In this document: in pieces, positions 34,132 to 45,019 of the stretch
Layout of the letters: every line of letters starts with the position of its first letter
Numbering within the stretch: the stretch's first letter is position 1
DNA from: Candidatus Marinacidobacterales bacterium
Lineage (GTDB): Bacteria > Acidobacteriota > Vicinamibacteria > Marinacidobacterales > SMYC01
DNA: 64,000 nucleotides
Reading direction: 5' to 3'
Assembly: GCA_965237955.1 (NCBI GenBank)
Contig: OZ250169.1
Coordinates: 416,001-480,000, forward strand
The notes under the pieces: generated by a model
What the model was told of the DNA's origin: nothing
What the model saw: the letters and a program-made list of their open reading frames with translations, nothing else
Database searches by the model: none
Translations under genes and position numbers: made by a program

Positions 34132-35218
34132 GGCGTTGTTGCACCGCTCTTGGCTGAGCGCGAAATCTACCTATGGTGGTGGCCGAGGTAATGTTCGACC
34201 ATGAAGTATCCCAAGCGCAGCCAGTACAAGCACGCGAAGCAGAAGAAGTACCATGTTTCCAACTGGGCGGAATACAACGAAGGGCTGCGCCGTCGGGGCG
34301 ATTTGACGGTCTGGTTTGACGAGGAGGCAATCGCGAACTGGAAGGCCGACAAGAGCGGTAAGCCTGGCGGTCAACGGGTCTATTCAGAGATGGCGATTGA
34401 AACGGGCCTGGTTGTCCGGATGGTGTACAAGCTTGCCTACCGCCAAACCGAAGGCTTCTTGCACTCGATCGCCTCGCTTCTCCAGCTGTGTATCGAAATC
34501 CCGGACTACTCGACGTTGTGTCGGCGGTCGAGGCTGCTCCGCAAGAAGCTGCGGATTCGGAAAGCCGCAAGCAATCAACCAATCCACCTGATGATCGATA
34601 GCACGGGCTTGAGGATTCATGTTGGAACCACCCGCAAACCGCCAAAGCAGCGCGCCTGGCGCAAGTTGCACATCGCCGTTGATCGCAAGACCGGCAACAT
34701 TGTTGCGTCCGAACTGACGGCGTCACGAGCTCGCGACGCAACGCGAGTCCCCCCTTTGCTAACACAGATTCAAGCACCTCTAGTGTCGGTGGCGGCGGAC
34801 AGTGCATACGACAAGGAAGCGGTCTACGAAGCCATCGAAGCGCACAGCCCTGGACGAAGGACGCGCGTGGTGATTCCGCCGCAACGAAACGCCACGCTCA
34901 GTCAGAATTCGAACACCGCCATGCGGGAACGCGACCGCCATATTCGTGCAATCGAAAGACACGGCCGACGTGAATGGTACAAGCTCTCAGGCTGCACCGA
35001 GCGAAGCATGGTGGAGAACGCGGTCTATCGTTACAAGGCGATCATGGGGCCCGAGATGCGGGCTCGAACGTTGGCGAGGCAACGAGTTGAACACCGACTT
35101 GGGTGCGAGATACTCAACAAGATGACCGCGCTCGGCATGCCCGATACTTACTGCGCCGGGTGACTCTCCGACCGGCATAGGGAGGTCAGCGATTCGCTCC
35201 GGGCCGTGCAACAACGCC
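34132..35218 (+). mobile_element. IS5-family element copy 3; transposase at 34201-35163
   Basis: Same IRs, slightly diverged; no TSD. Confidence 0.92.
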
Positions 35219-35664
35219 ACGACGATGAGGGCTTTCTTCCAGTCGAATAGCCTTGCGAGAGTCGCCATCGTGAGCCGTGTGGCGTTATCAGTGCGCCGAG
35301 GCGCCTGCTTACGCTCGACGAAGAACGTAAGCTGCTTCCGAAGGAAAAGGTTCTCTGCGGCGAGGGCGCTGCGCGAGCGGCACAGGTTCCGAGCGAACGC
35401 GACGGCGTCCAGGACAATAGACCGGATATTGGCAAACAGTCCCACGAGCGAACCTCTCCACGTTCTTAAGACGCCGGTGGCGTCGTCGGGTCGACCGGCA
35501 CAAAGCAGCCGAGCATGGCAGGTCTAAACGGCGCAATCAACGCCGGATCGACTTTTTGCGGAGCACAGCCGAGCATAGCGGCGGAGTTTCGCCGTCTTCG
35601 GCCCGGAATTCAAGCGGAGCGTAAGTCCTTGATTTCGTGGGCGGAGCAGTTTTGAAGATGCACA
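35219..35664 (-). mobile_element. rve-type transposase 5' fragment with nested TGT-type ends
   Basis: ALAAENLFLRKQL..LARLFDWK.AL; ends at 35567 and 35664; GTAAGTCCTTGATTT box. Confidence 0.65.
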
Positions 35665-35681
35665 ACCTTTAAGGGGCTCGG

Positions 35682-38177
35682 TTAATCTCGTTCCCAAGTC
35701 TCGTATTCGTTCAGGGCACTCCATTCGTCGCCCCGCCGTGAACGTCCCTTGAGATTGGGAGAGAAAGGAACCGTCGAAACGGCTTCGCTGAAACTGTGTG
35801 CCGTGGGGTTTCGTGGGTCGCTTCCATCGAGGGTGTAGTAGACCTTTTCCGCTCCCGCCGGGCGCCGGATGGTGATGCTGTCAGAAGCTCGCTCGAACAC
35901 CGGCGGGTCGATGGTAGGATAGTAATCATGGTTTCGAAGCGCTCGAATGAACCTTTCGACGTTGCCGTCCATCAAGTCTAGAACATAGTCTCGCGCCCGC
36001 TTCCAATGCACATCCCGCGTGCGGGGACGATTCTCCCTTCCAGGGCTCGCATCGCCCCAACGGGCCGACTCACAAAGCATCGCTGGCTCCACATAGTCCG
36101 CTAAGCTTCGGAAATTGGCCTTGTTTGCACTGTCCGTGAGCGGTCCGCCATCGTAGCAAGCGCGGTAGACGCGATCCGCGAACTCCAGCCGGAACTCTGG
36201 GCTGTCCGCCAAAGCCATCCATATTTGGTGTAGCACGGATGTCCCGCCCGACACGAAACTTGGCGGAACCCAAGCCCCCGTATGCCCGTATTTCTTGTCG
36301 TAGAGCCCGTAGCTTATCTCCGAATCCCAGCAGAAATACAGTCCGGCACCGGGAGGGTGTATCCGAATCCCTCCGTACCAATTCTGTTTCCCCCAATCCC
36401 CTGTGCCGGAAAACCAATTCAGCAGGATGTAGTCGCTAAACTGGGCCGTATTCAATAGGGTTTTCATCTCCTGGTACTTTGCGGGCTCCGAGAGGTCATG
36501 CTTACGCGCATAACGGTACATGGTGATATACCAGCGCGGGTGGTTCGGCTTGCCGACTACGCCGGAATGGTTGATAGCAAACCAGTCAGACGAGTCACCA
36601 CCATAGTACGAAGCGAGAAAACGCCGGTCCGGACGCTCCACCGCGTTGTATACACCCCAGTAAATCCCGTTCAGGTAGAGATGCACAAAAATGCCGCGTG
36701 CGGCGTTGCCGCTCAAAGAAAGCTGCGAGTCCCGAACGTGTTGGTCGCGGACATAGACCGCCGACTCGATCTCTCCCGACGAGACGAAGATCCTGCCTCT
36801 CGACCAGTTTTCATCCCCCCCTGCCCGAAGAACGATGGTGTTGAATTCTTTCACTGCAGATTCGGCATGGTGCACTGCGCTCTCGAAAAAAGGGTATCTC
36901 AACATTCCCGGACCGAAGTCTTTGTTGAAGACCAAGCGGAACGAGTTCTTTTCCTTGAGATGCCACCAACTATGCGCTCTAATTCCGCAATCGACCTGGA
37001 AACCCTCGAAGTCGGAAAACTTGCTGGGGTAGAGGAGCTCAACCGAGGCGGGATGGGTTTTTTTAGAGTAGAGCCCTTGGCTCTCATTAAAGAGGTGGTC
37101 CCCGTCCATGACGATGGAGAGGGTGGGAATCGATGTCAGTCCTTCCACGAACTCCCGCTGGTTGCTCGTATTCACGACATCGGGATCGATCCCGAGGTCG
37201 AGATCTGCGTACGGAGCCATATTCGAGGAGCGAAACAAGGCCGGATAATCGAATGGCAGAGTCGCCTGCTCCTTTACCGTGGTCGGAAATATATATGTAT
37301 GAGTGTCGACGTTCGTGCTCCTCGCACCAGGTTTGTACGCCATGGCCCGAAGGACGGTCGTTTTACCCACAAGAACCTTGTTGCCGACGATTCCATGACT
37401 CACGCTTGGCTTACTACCGTCGGTGGTATAGACGATCGTTGCGCCGGGAGTAGCGGTGGTGATGGTCACTTCGAAAGGGTTCTCATAGAAGCCGCGGTCG
37501 TGGCTGAACTTCGTATCGCCTACTGAGTGCGTCCGGCCGGTTCGGCGATGCCAATCATTGAAGAACTCGACCGATTGCCTCAACCGCTTGTGCGCAGAGG
37601 CGCTCGCAACAACCGGATCGCCCCAAACCGGAACCAGTGACTGCCGATGCCCCGCGCCCGTGGCGTCCAGCACAGGCCGTGCCGTGAAGGTCAACGAGAC
37701 CGCTCTCCCCTCCCACGGAGTGAGATCAATCATGCGGTCGTTCCAACGATTCCTCCCCTGTGCAGCAAGGGTCTCGCGAAACGCCCGGCTCCGCTTGTCA
37801 TCGACTTCGATCTCGATCAGAAACTCTGTCTCGGGCAGACCGGCACTGGGTGTGCCTAATACGGCCATCGAGAACTGGAGCACGGCGTTCTGCGGTACCT
37901 CTAGCGGGGACACCCACGTCGATCCGTCCAACGCTGTTCGGGACTTTCCTTCCAACTCCACTTCCCTGGAAGGCTGAGAAAGAGCGAGAAGGGAAACAGA
38001 GCGCGCTCTCGGTAAGTCGCTGCAAGCCCCTCCGGATGCTAGCAGCATCAGGACGACCAGCGTGTCGGTTCGTCTCTCCATCAAGTGTTGCGAGCTTATC
38101 AAACGCGCGTTTCTAGGTGCTAGGCCAAGGGCGTGGCAAAGCGCAAAAAAGAGCGGGCTATTTTGAGAGTCTTGCAA
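35682..38177 (-). CDS. CotH-family kinase-like protein with a sulfatase-type N-terminal beta domain and Fn3-associated domains (true start probably near 38081)
   Basis: YTTDGSKP, FVHLYLNGIYWGVYNAVER, GDW..NWY, WDSE, CESARWGD; N-terminal W..R.IDL..W.GR.V.L.F..PVWGDP shared with the sulfatase. Confidence 0.85.
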   Translation of the reverse strand: MQDSQNSPLFFALCHALGLAPRNARLISSQHLMERRTDTLVVLMLLASGGACSDLPRARSVSLLALSQPSREVELEGKSRTALDGSTWVSPLEVPQNAVLQFSMAVLGTPSAGLPETEFLIEIEVDDKRSRAFRETLAAQGRNRWNDRMIDLTPWEGRAVSLTFTARPVLDATGAGHRQSLVPVWGDPVVASASAHKRLRQSVEFFNDWHRRTGRTHSVGDTKFSHDRGFYENPFEVTITTATPGATIVYTTDGSKPSVSHGIVGNKVLVGKTTVLRAMAYKPGARSTNVDTHTYIFPTTVKEQATLPFDYPALFRSSNMAPYADLDLGIDPDVVNTSNQREFVEGLTSIPTLSIVMDGDHLFNESQGLYSKKTHPASVELLYPSKFSDFEGFQVDCGIRAHSWWHLKEKNSFRLVFNKDFGPGMLRYPFFESAVHHAESAVKEFNTIVLRAGGDENWSRGRIFVSSGEIESAVYVRDQHVRDSQLSLSGNAARGIFVHLYLNGIYWGVYNAVERPDRRFLASYYGGDSSDWFAINHSGVVGKPNHPRWYITMYRYARKHDLSEPAKYQEMKTLLNTAQFSDYILLNWFSGTGDWGKQNWYGGIRIHPPGAGLYFCWDSEISYGLYDKKYGHTGAWVPPSFVSGGTSVLHQIWMALADSPEFRLEFADRVYRACYDGGPLTDSANKANFRSLADYVEPAMLCESARWGDASPGRENRPRTRDVHWKRARDYVLDLMDGNVERFIRALRNHDYYPTIDPPVFERASDSITIRRPAGAEKVYYTLDGSDPRNPTAHSFSEAVSTVPFSPNLKGRSRRGDEWSALNEYETWERD

Positions 38178-38290
38178 TTATTGCCGAAAGAAGCGGCCGG
38201 TCGTTCACGTCGGCCAGATTTTTTTATCGGGATGGATTTAGACCCTCCGCGGGCGGGGATGACACTGAGCACTTTCATGTTCGAGCCCGA

Positions 38291-38655
38291 CTAGACCCGC
38301 GCCTTTTGGGCGGGCGGTGCCGCTGGCCTGACCGCACGAGGCACGTGGAAGTAGTTCAGCATATCGAAGAGCGCTCCCTCGAACACGTTCGGCTCCCTTT
38401 TCCATCTGAGGTTGAAGGAGATCATAGCGTTGTTCCAATGGGACTCGCCGCGCAGCAACCCAGCGAGGTAGTTCGCCTCACAGATGCAAGTGAACACCGA
38501 ACTCTTTTCCAGCCGACGTCTGCTCAAGCGGCCCTCTCGAAAATCCAGGTAGAGCGGCTTCCAGCCAGGGTCCTCTAAGTACCCAATTAAGTGCTCGGCC
38601 AGCTCCTGGATCCTCTCCTGGCTATCGAGCTTCTGCAGACACTTTCTCTCTCATT
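38291..38655 (-). pseudogene. Hypothetical ~120 aa protein with a frameshift just after the start
   Basis: AAGGAGG plus ATG at 38655, out of frame with a long open frame (CLQKLDSQ..QKARV). Confidence 0.4.
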
Positions 38656-38734
38656 CGATCCTCCTTTAGATCGTGCCGATCAGAAAAGTGTCTCTTAGTT
38701 TTTCAGAGGATTCTGTCCGAAATGCTCTGACGAG

Positions 38735-40693
38735 CTACAACCAACCGACCCCCATCCGTCCGCTGAAGTCATCGAAAAATCCGGGGACGATTGCTGCGAT
38801 GCGAGACAGCTCTACGGCGAGCAGTAGCGCAAACAGCGCCACGGCGACTGCGCGTCTCCACAGTCGCGCATCGGCCCAGAGATAGGCCAGCGCGATGCCG
38901 CCGAACACTCCAAAGAGTGCGGCGGAAAAAAAGAAGGGGCGGATGTACATGAGGAGGGCACCGCCCACGTGCCGCAAGAGCAACAAGCCGAAGAGGGACG
39001 CCATCCACGCGCCCATCCAGGCCTTCGGAACTCCGAAGGCCGACGAGCGCCAATAAAACAGGAATCCAGCGAGCAAAACCACCAGATTCAGCCAGGAGAA
39101 ATAAGTCAACACTTCGCCGAGAAACCATCCCCGAAGATCGAAGAGGTCTCCGAAACCGCTCAAGGAAGAGCCCGCAGCCAAGCCTGCCGGAAGATGGACG
39201 GTCGCCAAGGCGAGCACGAGGTCTCCGTAAAACAACAGATGCGCCGCGACGAGGGCGCCCAGCCCGGCGGCAGCAATCCGCAGCAAATCTTTCCATTCTC
39301 GTCGAAAGAGTTCAATGAGGCAAAAGAAGCCGATCAAGAGCCCTTGGTTGGTCCAGCTCGCCGGATAGGTCATCAAAGCGCTACAAACCAGAATGGCAAT
39401 GCCCAGGTAATAACGGCGAACGCCCACCGCTAGGACGGCAAACGCAATGACACTCAAATCGGCAAGCTTTCCCATCGTGGCTGGATAAGCTGCCTGTGCC
39501 AGGTAATGAAAGTCGATCGAGCAGAAGAGATTGAGAATCGAGCCGAAGAGAGCTGCACCACGGTGAGGCCACAGGCTGAGCAGTATCAAGAAGATCGGCA
39601 CCGACTGCATCGCGCTGGCCAGCGCTCCCAGCAGACGATTCCAATAGTCTTCCGCATAAGTCCCCGATAGGGCGCGTTGAAGATGATTCGGAAATAGACT
39701 CCAGGTGTAAAAAGTTGGTGGGTATCGAATCACGTTCAAACCGCCCGGGACGTAGGTCGTGCCGAGGTCGTACTGCGCCTGGTAGCGCTCGATGTTCCGC
39801 CATAAATCGGCAAGCCCGCGGTGCAAGCCAATGCGCGTGATGCTGTTGTGAATCTCGGTGTCTTTGTATGCATAGTCGGGGTGCATCATCCATCCGCCTC
39901 GAAACAAGAACGTCACGAAAAAGATCGCGCACCCCATGCGGATGTTGCCCGGAGTCAGCATGGTCTTCAACGGGCGACAACGCGCCAAGAGCCTCAACAA
40001 CCCAAATACGACGGCGGTGGCGACGGGTAACCACGCGAGGAACACGAGGCTCAAATGCACAGCAGCAAACGGATCCAACAGGGCGAGGGCGACTGCGGGC
40101 AGCCCGAGAGCAACGCTCGAAAAGAGATGAGCGGACATCGCCGAGCTGCCAAGAAAAACCAGGAGCGCCCAGGTGGCGAGGTAGACGGCGACGAGGTTGA
40201 GAACCACCGGCACGCTCGGTAGCAGGTATCCCTCAATCGGCACGATCGTCAGCTGATGAGCGCGAAAGCCTCGTCTTCCCTGTTGCGGAAACGAACGCAA
40301 ATGAAGTTTGAACGGCCGCACCCCGCCATCGTCCTGCAGGACCCACTCGCGAGGCACGGAGACGAAGCGAGTCTCGCCTAGCCGCCGGTCATCCATGCTG
40401 GCTTCTACTCTACTCGTGTCGCCGGGAACCGAGCCGCGGATGTGAAGCCGAACCGGTCCGACCATTAAAATGGGTAGGTTCACCGCGGAGCGAAGGCGGC
40501 TCCAACGATAGACGTCGGCTCCCTCACGTTCCCAGCTCTCTAGAAAGTTGGAAAGGTAGCCTTGAAGCGTCGGCCCAAAGCCTAGGCTCACGCGGCTCGC
40601 GGAAGCGAAGCACAGGCAAAAAAAGACGGCGAGCACGAGGGAGGCGGCAACCGCCTGTACCAAAGAGGAAACGCGCTTCTGCGGAAGTTCCAT
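38735..40693 (-). CDS. Multi-pass membrane protein, GT-C glycosyltransferase-like
   Basis: Many TM segments; HPDYAYKDTEIH and YPPTFY loop motifs. Confidence 0.7.
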   Translation of the reverse strand: MELPQKRVSSLVQAVAASLVLAVFFCLCFASASRVSLGFGPTLQGYLSNFLESWEREGADVYRWSRLRSAVNLPILMVGPVRLHIRGSVPGDTSRVEASMDDRRLGETRFVSVPREWVLQDDGGVRPFKLHLRSFPQQGRRGFRAHQLTIVPIEGYLLPSVPVVLNLVAVYLATWALLVFLGSSAMSAHLFSSVALGLPAVALALLDPFAAVHLSLVFLAWLPVATAVVFGLLRLLARCRPLKTMLTPGNIRMGCAIFFVTFLFRGGWMMHPDYAYKDTEIHNSITRIGLHRGLADLWRNIERYQAQYDLGTTYVPGGLNVIRYPPTFYTWSLFPNHLQRALSGTYAEDYWNRLLGALASAMQSVPIFLILLSLWPHRGAALFGSILNLFCSIDFHYLAQAAYPATMGKLADLSVIAFAVLAVGVRRYYLGIAILVCSALMTYPASWTNQGLLIGFFCLIELFRREWKDLLRIAAAGLGALVAAHLLFYGDLVLALATVHLPAGLAAGSSLSGFGDLFDLRGWFLGEVLTYFSWLNLVVLLAGFLFYWRSSAFGVPKAWMGAWMASLFGLLLLRHVGGALLMYIRPFFFSAALFGVFGGIALAYLWADARLWRRAVAVALFALLLAVELSRIAAIVPGFFDDFSGRMGVGWL

Positions 40694-40793
40694 TGGAGTT
40701 TACTGCCCGTTCAATGGGCTATTCTCTTTCAGCCGTGGCCTAGGGTGCAATACGCTCCGGCGTGTCTCAAGTTCGCAGAAACTGTCGTTCCCG

Positions 40794-42731
40794 GTGCTCT
40801 TCGTTTCTCATTACAATGGCGTGGTGAAACGGAGCACCCGTAGTTTTTTGCTGCTCGCGACCGTGACGGCGTTGGGCGCTCTCGCTCCCCACCTAGCGGG
40901 CTATGGAAACACGGGGCTGCACTTCAATTTCGGCCCGGGCGACCTAGCGTACTTGGAGGGCTTCGAGCCGATGTGGGAGATCGATCCCGACGGTCGCGCC
41001 ACCCATTGGACGAGCTACGAAAGCACCATTCGGCTACCGCTGGGTCTCCGCGGCGGGCGGGCGAGACTCACTTACCACTTTTCGCGCGTCTACGGGCAGA
41101 CCGCCGCCGTAGAGATCCGAGTGAACGGCGTTACCGCGGATTCGTTTCGGGTCCAAGGTGGCGACTATGTGGAACGCTCATTCGAGCTGCCCCGAAGTGT
41201 TCTGGAAACATCGCCGCTCGCGATCGATATCCAGACCGACTCGCACGAGCGCCGCAACCGTGGCTTACGCATGGATTGGCTCGAGCTCGAAGCCATGGAC
41301 GACCGGTCCCGATTCATACCGGTTGGGCGCACGGTGCTGTGGTCCGCATTGCTATCGGCGGTGTTCGCGCTTCTCGCGTTGGTCACCTTTGAACGTCGGT
41401 CGGCAACGGTCGCGGGAGCCGCCGTACCGCTTGGGTTAGCCCTCTACGGAGGCTTCGCCGGATCGTTCCCACTAGCTCATATGGTCACCTCGATCGGTCC
41501 CTTCACGCTCGCGGTGCTCGGTGCGGCGATTGTCATTCGCGTGACGGCTTGGAAAAGCCGTGGCGGTCGTAGCGGCTGGATTCCCCTCGTGACGGCGTTG
41601 GCTTTCTTGATCCGGGCTGGCGGGGTATTCCACCCTCGCTCTTATCATCCCGATCTGCGCGCACATGCCGGCATGGCGCGCATCGTCGGCGAGGCCGGAC
41701 TCGATTTCTGGAAACACCCCGCCCATTACATTGCCGAACAAGGCGTCTGGACGGCAGCCGCGGCGGGCAAGGTGTATGCCTTTCCTTTCTCCCCGGTCTT
41801 TCACGCCTTCTTTGCGCCCTTCGACCTCGACCTTCCTTCGGCGATCTACTGGATGAAGCTGGTCGCCTGTTTGCTCTCCGCGTTCGAGGTTCCTCTGCTC
41901 TTTTTCTTGGGCCGTCGCTTGAGCAGCGACGGCGTCGCTGCCTGGGCTGCTCTCCTGGCCGTCGTAGCGCCACCAGCTTTTTCCCGTCTCTCTTATGCCT
42001 TTCTTGCCGCTATCTTCGCGCACTTTCTCGATACGCTGGTGCTTGCGGCTATGGCGGCCGGTAGCCGGAAGACCCGCTTTCCCATCATAGCTGTAGCGGC
42101 GCTCTTGGCCCTCTCGATGGGATCTTACGCGGGAAGCCTCATCAACTTCGGGCTCTTCGTGCCGCTGTTCGGCTTGTTGCTTTTCACGGTGGCGCGTCAG
42201 CGCCAGACGGCCGTCCGCCTCTTGGGTGGCTCACTCCTGGCGGCCGCCGTGGTGCTCGGCACCATCTATCGAGAATTCCTGGGCGTTTTCCTTTCCGATA
42301 TGCTGCCGCACTTCTGGTCCAGCGAAACCCGGGCGGGAACCTGGAGCTTGAGCGCGATGGGACTTACACTGGCGAACAGGTTCTACACGTTCTATGGCTT
42401 GCTGTATCTACCGCTGATCATGCTCGGCTCTTGGACAATCTGGAAGCGTCGACCACCCCCCTTCATCGCGAGCTTCATATCTGCTTGGGCGGCTGTATTC
42501 TGCTTGTTGATTCTCTTCCGTACCGCCATGCCCGACCTCTTTAGCAGGGTCAAGGAGATTCTCTGGGTGACTCCCCTCTTGTGTCTCCTGGGCGGCGAAG
42601 CTCTTGCTACAGCGGAGCGACTTCGGCCCCCCTGGCGATGGACGGGAACGCTCTACTACGTCGCGATTGCCTTGTACGGTCTCTGGTACTACACGGGTGC
42701 CATCGCAGAAAAATTCCCACTTGCTCGATAG
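40794..42731 (+). CDS. Multi-pass membrane protein, distant paralogue of the divergent neighbour
   Basis: HPRSYHPDLRAH and FPFSPVFH; same N-terminal periplasmic domain layout. Confidence 0.7.
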   Translation: MLFVSHYNGVVKRSTRSFLLLATVTALGALAPHLAGYGNTGLHFNFGPGDLAYLEGFEPMWEIDPDGRATHWTSYESTIRLPLGLRGGRARLTYHFSRVYGQTAAVEIRVNGVTADSFRVQGGDYVERSFELPRSVLETSPLAIDIQTDSHERRNRGLRMDWLELEAMDDRSRFIPVGRTVLWSALLSAVFALLALVTFERRSATVAGAAVPLGLALYGGFAGSFPLAHMVTSIGPFTLAVLGAAIVIRVTAWKSRGGRSGWIPLVTALAFLIRAGGVFHPRSYHPDLRAHAGMARIVGEAGLDFWKHPAHYIAEQGVWTAAAAGKVYAFPFSPVFHAFFAPFDLDLPSAIYWMKLVACLLSAFEVPLLFFLGRRLSSDGVAAWAALLAVVAPPAFSRLSYAFLAAIFAHFLDTLVLAAMAAGSRKTRFPIIAVAALLALSMGSYAGSLINFGLFVPLFGLLLFTVARQRQTAVRLLGGSLLAAAVVLGTIYREFLGVFLSDMLPHFWSSETRAGTWSLSAMGLTLANRFYTFYGLLYLPLIMLGSWTIWKRRPPPFIASFISAWAAVFCLLILFRTAMPDLFSRVKEILWVTPLLCLLGGEALATAERLRPPWRWTGTLYYVAIALYGLWYYTGAIAEKFPLAR

Positions 42732-42805
42732 AGGTATGGCGGTGACGTTAGCTTGACTTTCGTGGCGCCTGACGGCACAGTTAGCCGCCTTTCCACCCGG
42801 TTGGC

Positions 42806-44185
42806 GTGGGGAGCGACACGGATCGACCCACACTGGAGACGCCGCATTTGAGAGTCGTCGTTCTTGGGGCCGGGGTCATGGGCCTGGCCTCCGCTCTCGA
42901 TTTAATCGAGGATGGACACGAAGTCACCGTACTCGAAGCAGCACCCTTTACCGGCGGGCTCGCGGGCTCGTTCGAGTTCGGCGACGTTCGCGCCGAGCGT
43001 TTTTACCATTTCATCTGCGGCGCCGACGATGTTTACCGAAAGTGGCTTCGACGACTCGGGCTCGCGGAACGCCTCCGCTGGCGACAGACGCACATGGGAA
43101 GCTACCACGAAGGTCGACTGCATGCGTTCGGTTCGCCTCTTTCGCTTCTGCGATTCTCTCCACTGAGCTTTACATCACGACTCCGCTACGGATTTCACGT
43201 CTGGTCGGCAAAGCGACTCGAAGATTGGTCCACGCTCGAGAACGTCACGGCGAAGGACTGGTTGATTCGAAGCGAAGGCAAAGAGCCCTATGACGTGATC
43301 TGGGAGCCTCTGCTACGTGACAAATTTCACGATGCAACGGAATCTCTCTCCGCCGCGTGGATTTGGAGTCGTATTCGCCGTCTCGCGAGTTCGCGAGATG
43401 GTCTGCTTCGAGAGTTTCTCGGGTACTTGGAAGGAGGTACGGACGTTTTCATCGAGACGTTGACGCAAGCCGTCGAAGCCGCGGGTGGGATCATCCACTG
43501 CGACGCTCCGGCGGAGGAGATCCTCCTCGAGCCGGGGGAACCGGTGGTGGCCTCGGGCGTCCGGGCCGGAGGTACCGAGTACCCAGCCCAAGCGGTCCTA
43601 TCGACCATCCCACTCCCGATCCTCGTTGCGATCGGGCGCAATCTTCCCGAAGACTATCGGCGGGCTGCCCTGGCCCTCGACAACTACGGAGTACGCTGTA
43701 TCATTGTGAAGTTGTCGACCCGCCTCACTCCTTACTTCTGGATCAATGTCAACGATCCAACCCACGCGGTTTGTGGCCTGATCGAGCTGACCAACCTGCA
43801 CCCGCCCGAGACGGTCGGCGGCTACCATCTCGTCTATTCTCCGCTATACGCGTCCTCTGCTAGCCTGGAATATCAAAAACCCTCCAAGGAAGTCTTCGCC
43901 GATACCGTGAAAGCCATGGCGGCCGTTTCGCCGGGGTTCGATCCGTCGCTTGTGGTCGACTACCGCGTTTTTCGCGCCCCCTATGCGCAGCCGGATTGCC
44001 CGGTGGGCTTCACGCAAAAGCTCGCACCCCTCCAAACACCGGTGGCCAACCTAGTGGCTGCCGATACCAGCCACCTGCTGCCACACGACCGGTCCATTTC
44101 CGATAGCTTGGCACTCGCGGAACGGCTGACTGAGACGTTGCGGCGCACGATGCTGCGCCGAGACGGACGGACTGCACTTACCTGA
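42806..44185 (+). CDS. FAD-dependent oxidoreductase (protoporphyrinogen/amine oxidase-like)
   Basis: VVVLGAGVMGL, LEA....GGLAG, ERFYHFI, YAQP. Confidence 0.88.
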   Translation: MGSDTDRPTLETPHLRVVVLGAGVMGLASALDLIEDGHEVTVLEAAPFTGGLAGSFEFGDVRAERFYHFICGADDVYRKWLRRLGLAERLRWRQTHMGSYHEGRLHAFGSPLSLLRFSPLSFTSRLRYGFHVWSAKRLEDWSTLENVTAKDWLIRSEGKEPYDVIWEPLLRDKFHDATESLSAAWIWSRIRRLASSRDGLLREFLGYLEGGTDVFIETLTQAVEAAGGIIHCDAPAEEILLEPGEPVVASGVRAGGTEYPAQAVLSTIPLPILVAIGRNLPEDYRRAALALDNYGVRCIIVKLSTRLTPYFWINVNDPTHAVCGLIELTNLHPPETVGGYHLVYSPLYASSASLEYQKPSKEVFADTVKAMAAVSPGFDPSLVVDYRVFRAPYAQPDCPVGFTQKLAPLQTPVANLVAADTSHLLPHDRSISDSLALAERLTETLRRTMLRRDGRTALT

Positions 44186-44269
44186 CGATCTCGGCTGGCA
44201 CGGAGTCGATACCAGGCAAGAAGAACGCGATGAAGCGAGTAATGGATAGCAACGAGACTGAGTTCGTTC

Positions 44270-44497
44270 CGCCGTGAACGTCCCTTGAGATGGGGAGAGA
44301 AAGGAACCGTCGAAACGGCTTCGCTGAAACTGTGTGCTGTGGGGTTTCGTGGGTCGCTTCCATCAAGGGTGTAGTAGACTTTTTCCGCTCCCGCTGGGCA
44401 CCGGATGGTGATGCTGTCGGAAGCTCGTTTCGAACACCGGCGAGGTCGAGGGTGGGATAGTAATCATGGTTTCGAAGCGCTCGAATGAACCTTTCCG
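44270..44497 (-). repeat. Degenerate duplicate of the 3' end of the CotH gene (about 35735-35960)
   Basis: ERFIRALRNHDYYPT..; near-identical DNA with indels. Confidence 0.8.
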
Positions 44498-44504
44498 CTT
44501 CCAG

Positions 44505-44668
44505 GGGGTGGGCTGTAGACCCGATAGTCCCGATAGCTCGTGGAGATCGGCTCTTTCCACAGAGCGCGGTAGTTGGCGAAGTCTTCCACGGTGAGGATGC
44601 CGCCGTTCTTGCCGAAATGCTTGACGAACTCTCGCGACAGAGAGCCACCGTAGAAGACTTCCGGACCC
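44505..44668 (-). pseudogene. ggt: Gamma-glutamyltransferase internal fragment (not in the ORF track)
   Basis: PEVFYGGSLSREFVKHFGKNGGILTVEDFANYRALWKEPISTSYRDYRVYSPP. Confidence 0.7.
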
Positions 44669-44838
44669 CGTCCTGTGCCAAAACTCGGCCCTTTTGAAAT
44701 AGACCATAAATCAGCAGCTTAGTGTCTGTGTTTGCGACCGGGCCAAGGGCCGTGGGCTTTACAATCGTCTGGCCCGAGGGTGCTATCTTCAGATCCCGTC
44801 CTGTGCCAAAACTCGGCCCTTTTGAAATAGACCATAAA
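44669..44838 (+). mobile_element. Two nested tandem rve-element left ends
   Basis: Terminal 20-mer at 44669 and 44797. Confidence 0.85.
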
Positions 44839-44965
44839 GATCGCGAAGCGTGCCCCAATCGTCGAGGGCACGCTGGACGTGACGAAGATCGAGGCCATCG
44901 ACTTGGATAATCTGGCGCGGAAGTTTCGGACACAACGGATTATCTTTGAAACCGCGCGGGAACGT
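44838..44965 (+). pseudogene. Possible fragment of a type III-like Res helicase
   Basis: APIVEGTLDVTKIEAIDLDNLARKFRTQRIIFETAR; recalled similarity only. Confidence 0.4.
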
Positions 44966-45019
44966 TTACGACCAAATGCAGGAGAGCTGGCGTCGGCAGG
45001 CAGAAAGTAGCCGCCCGCG

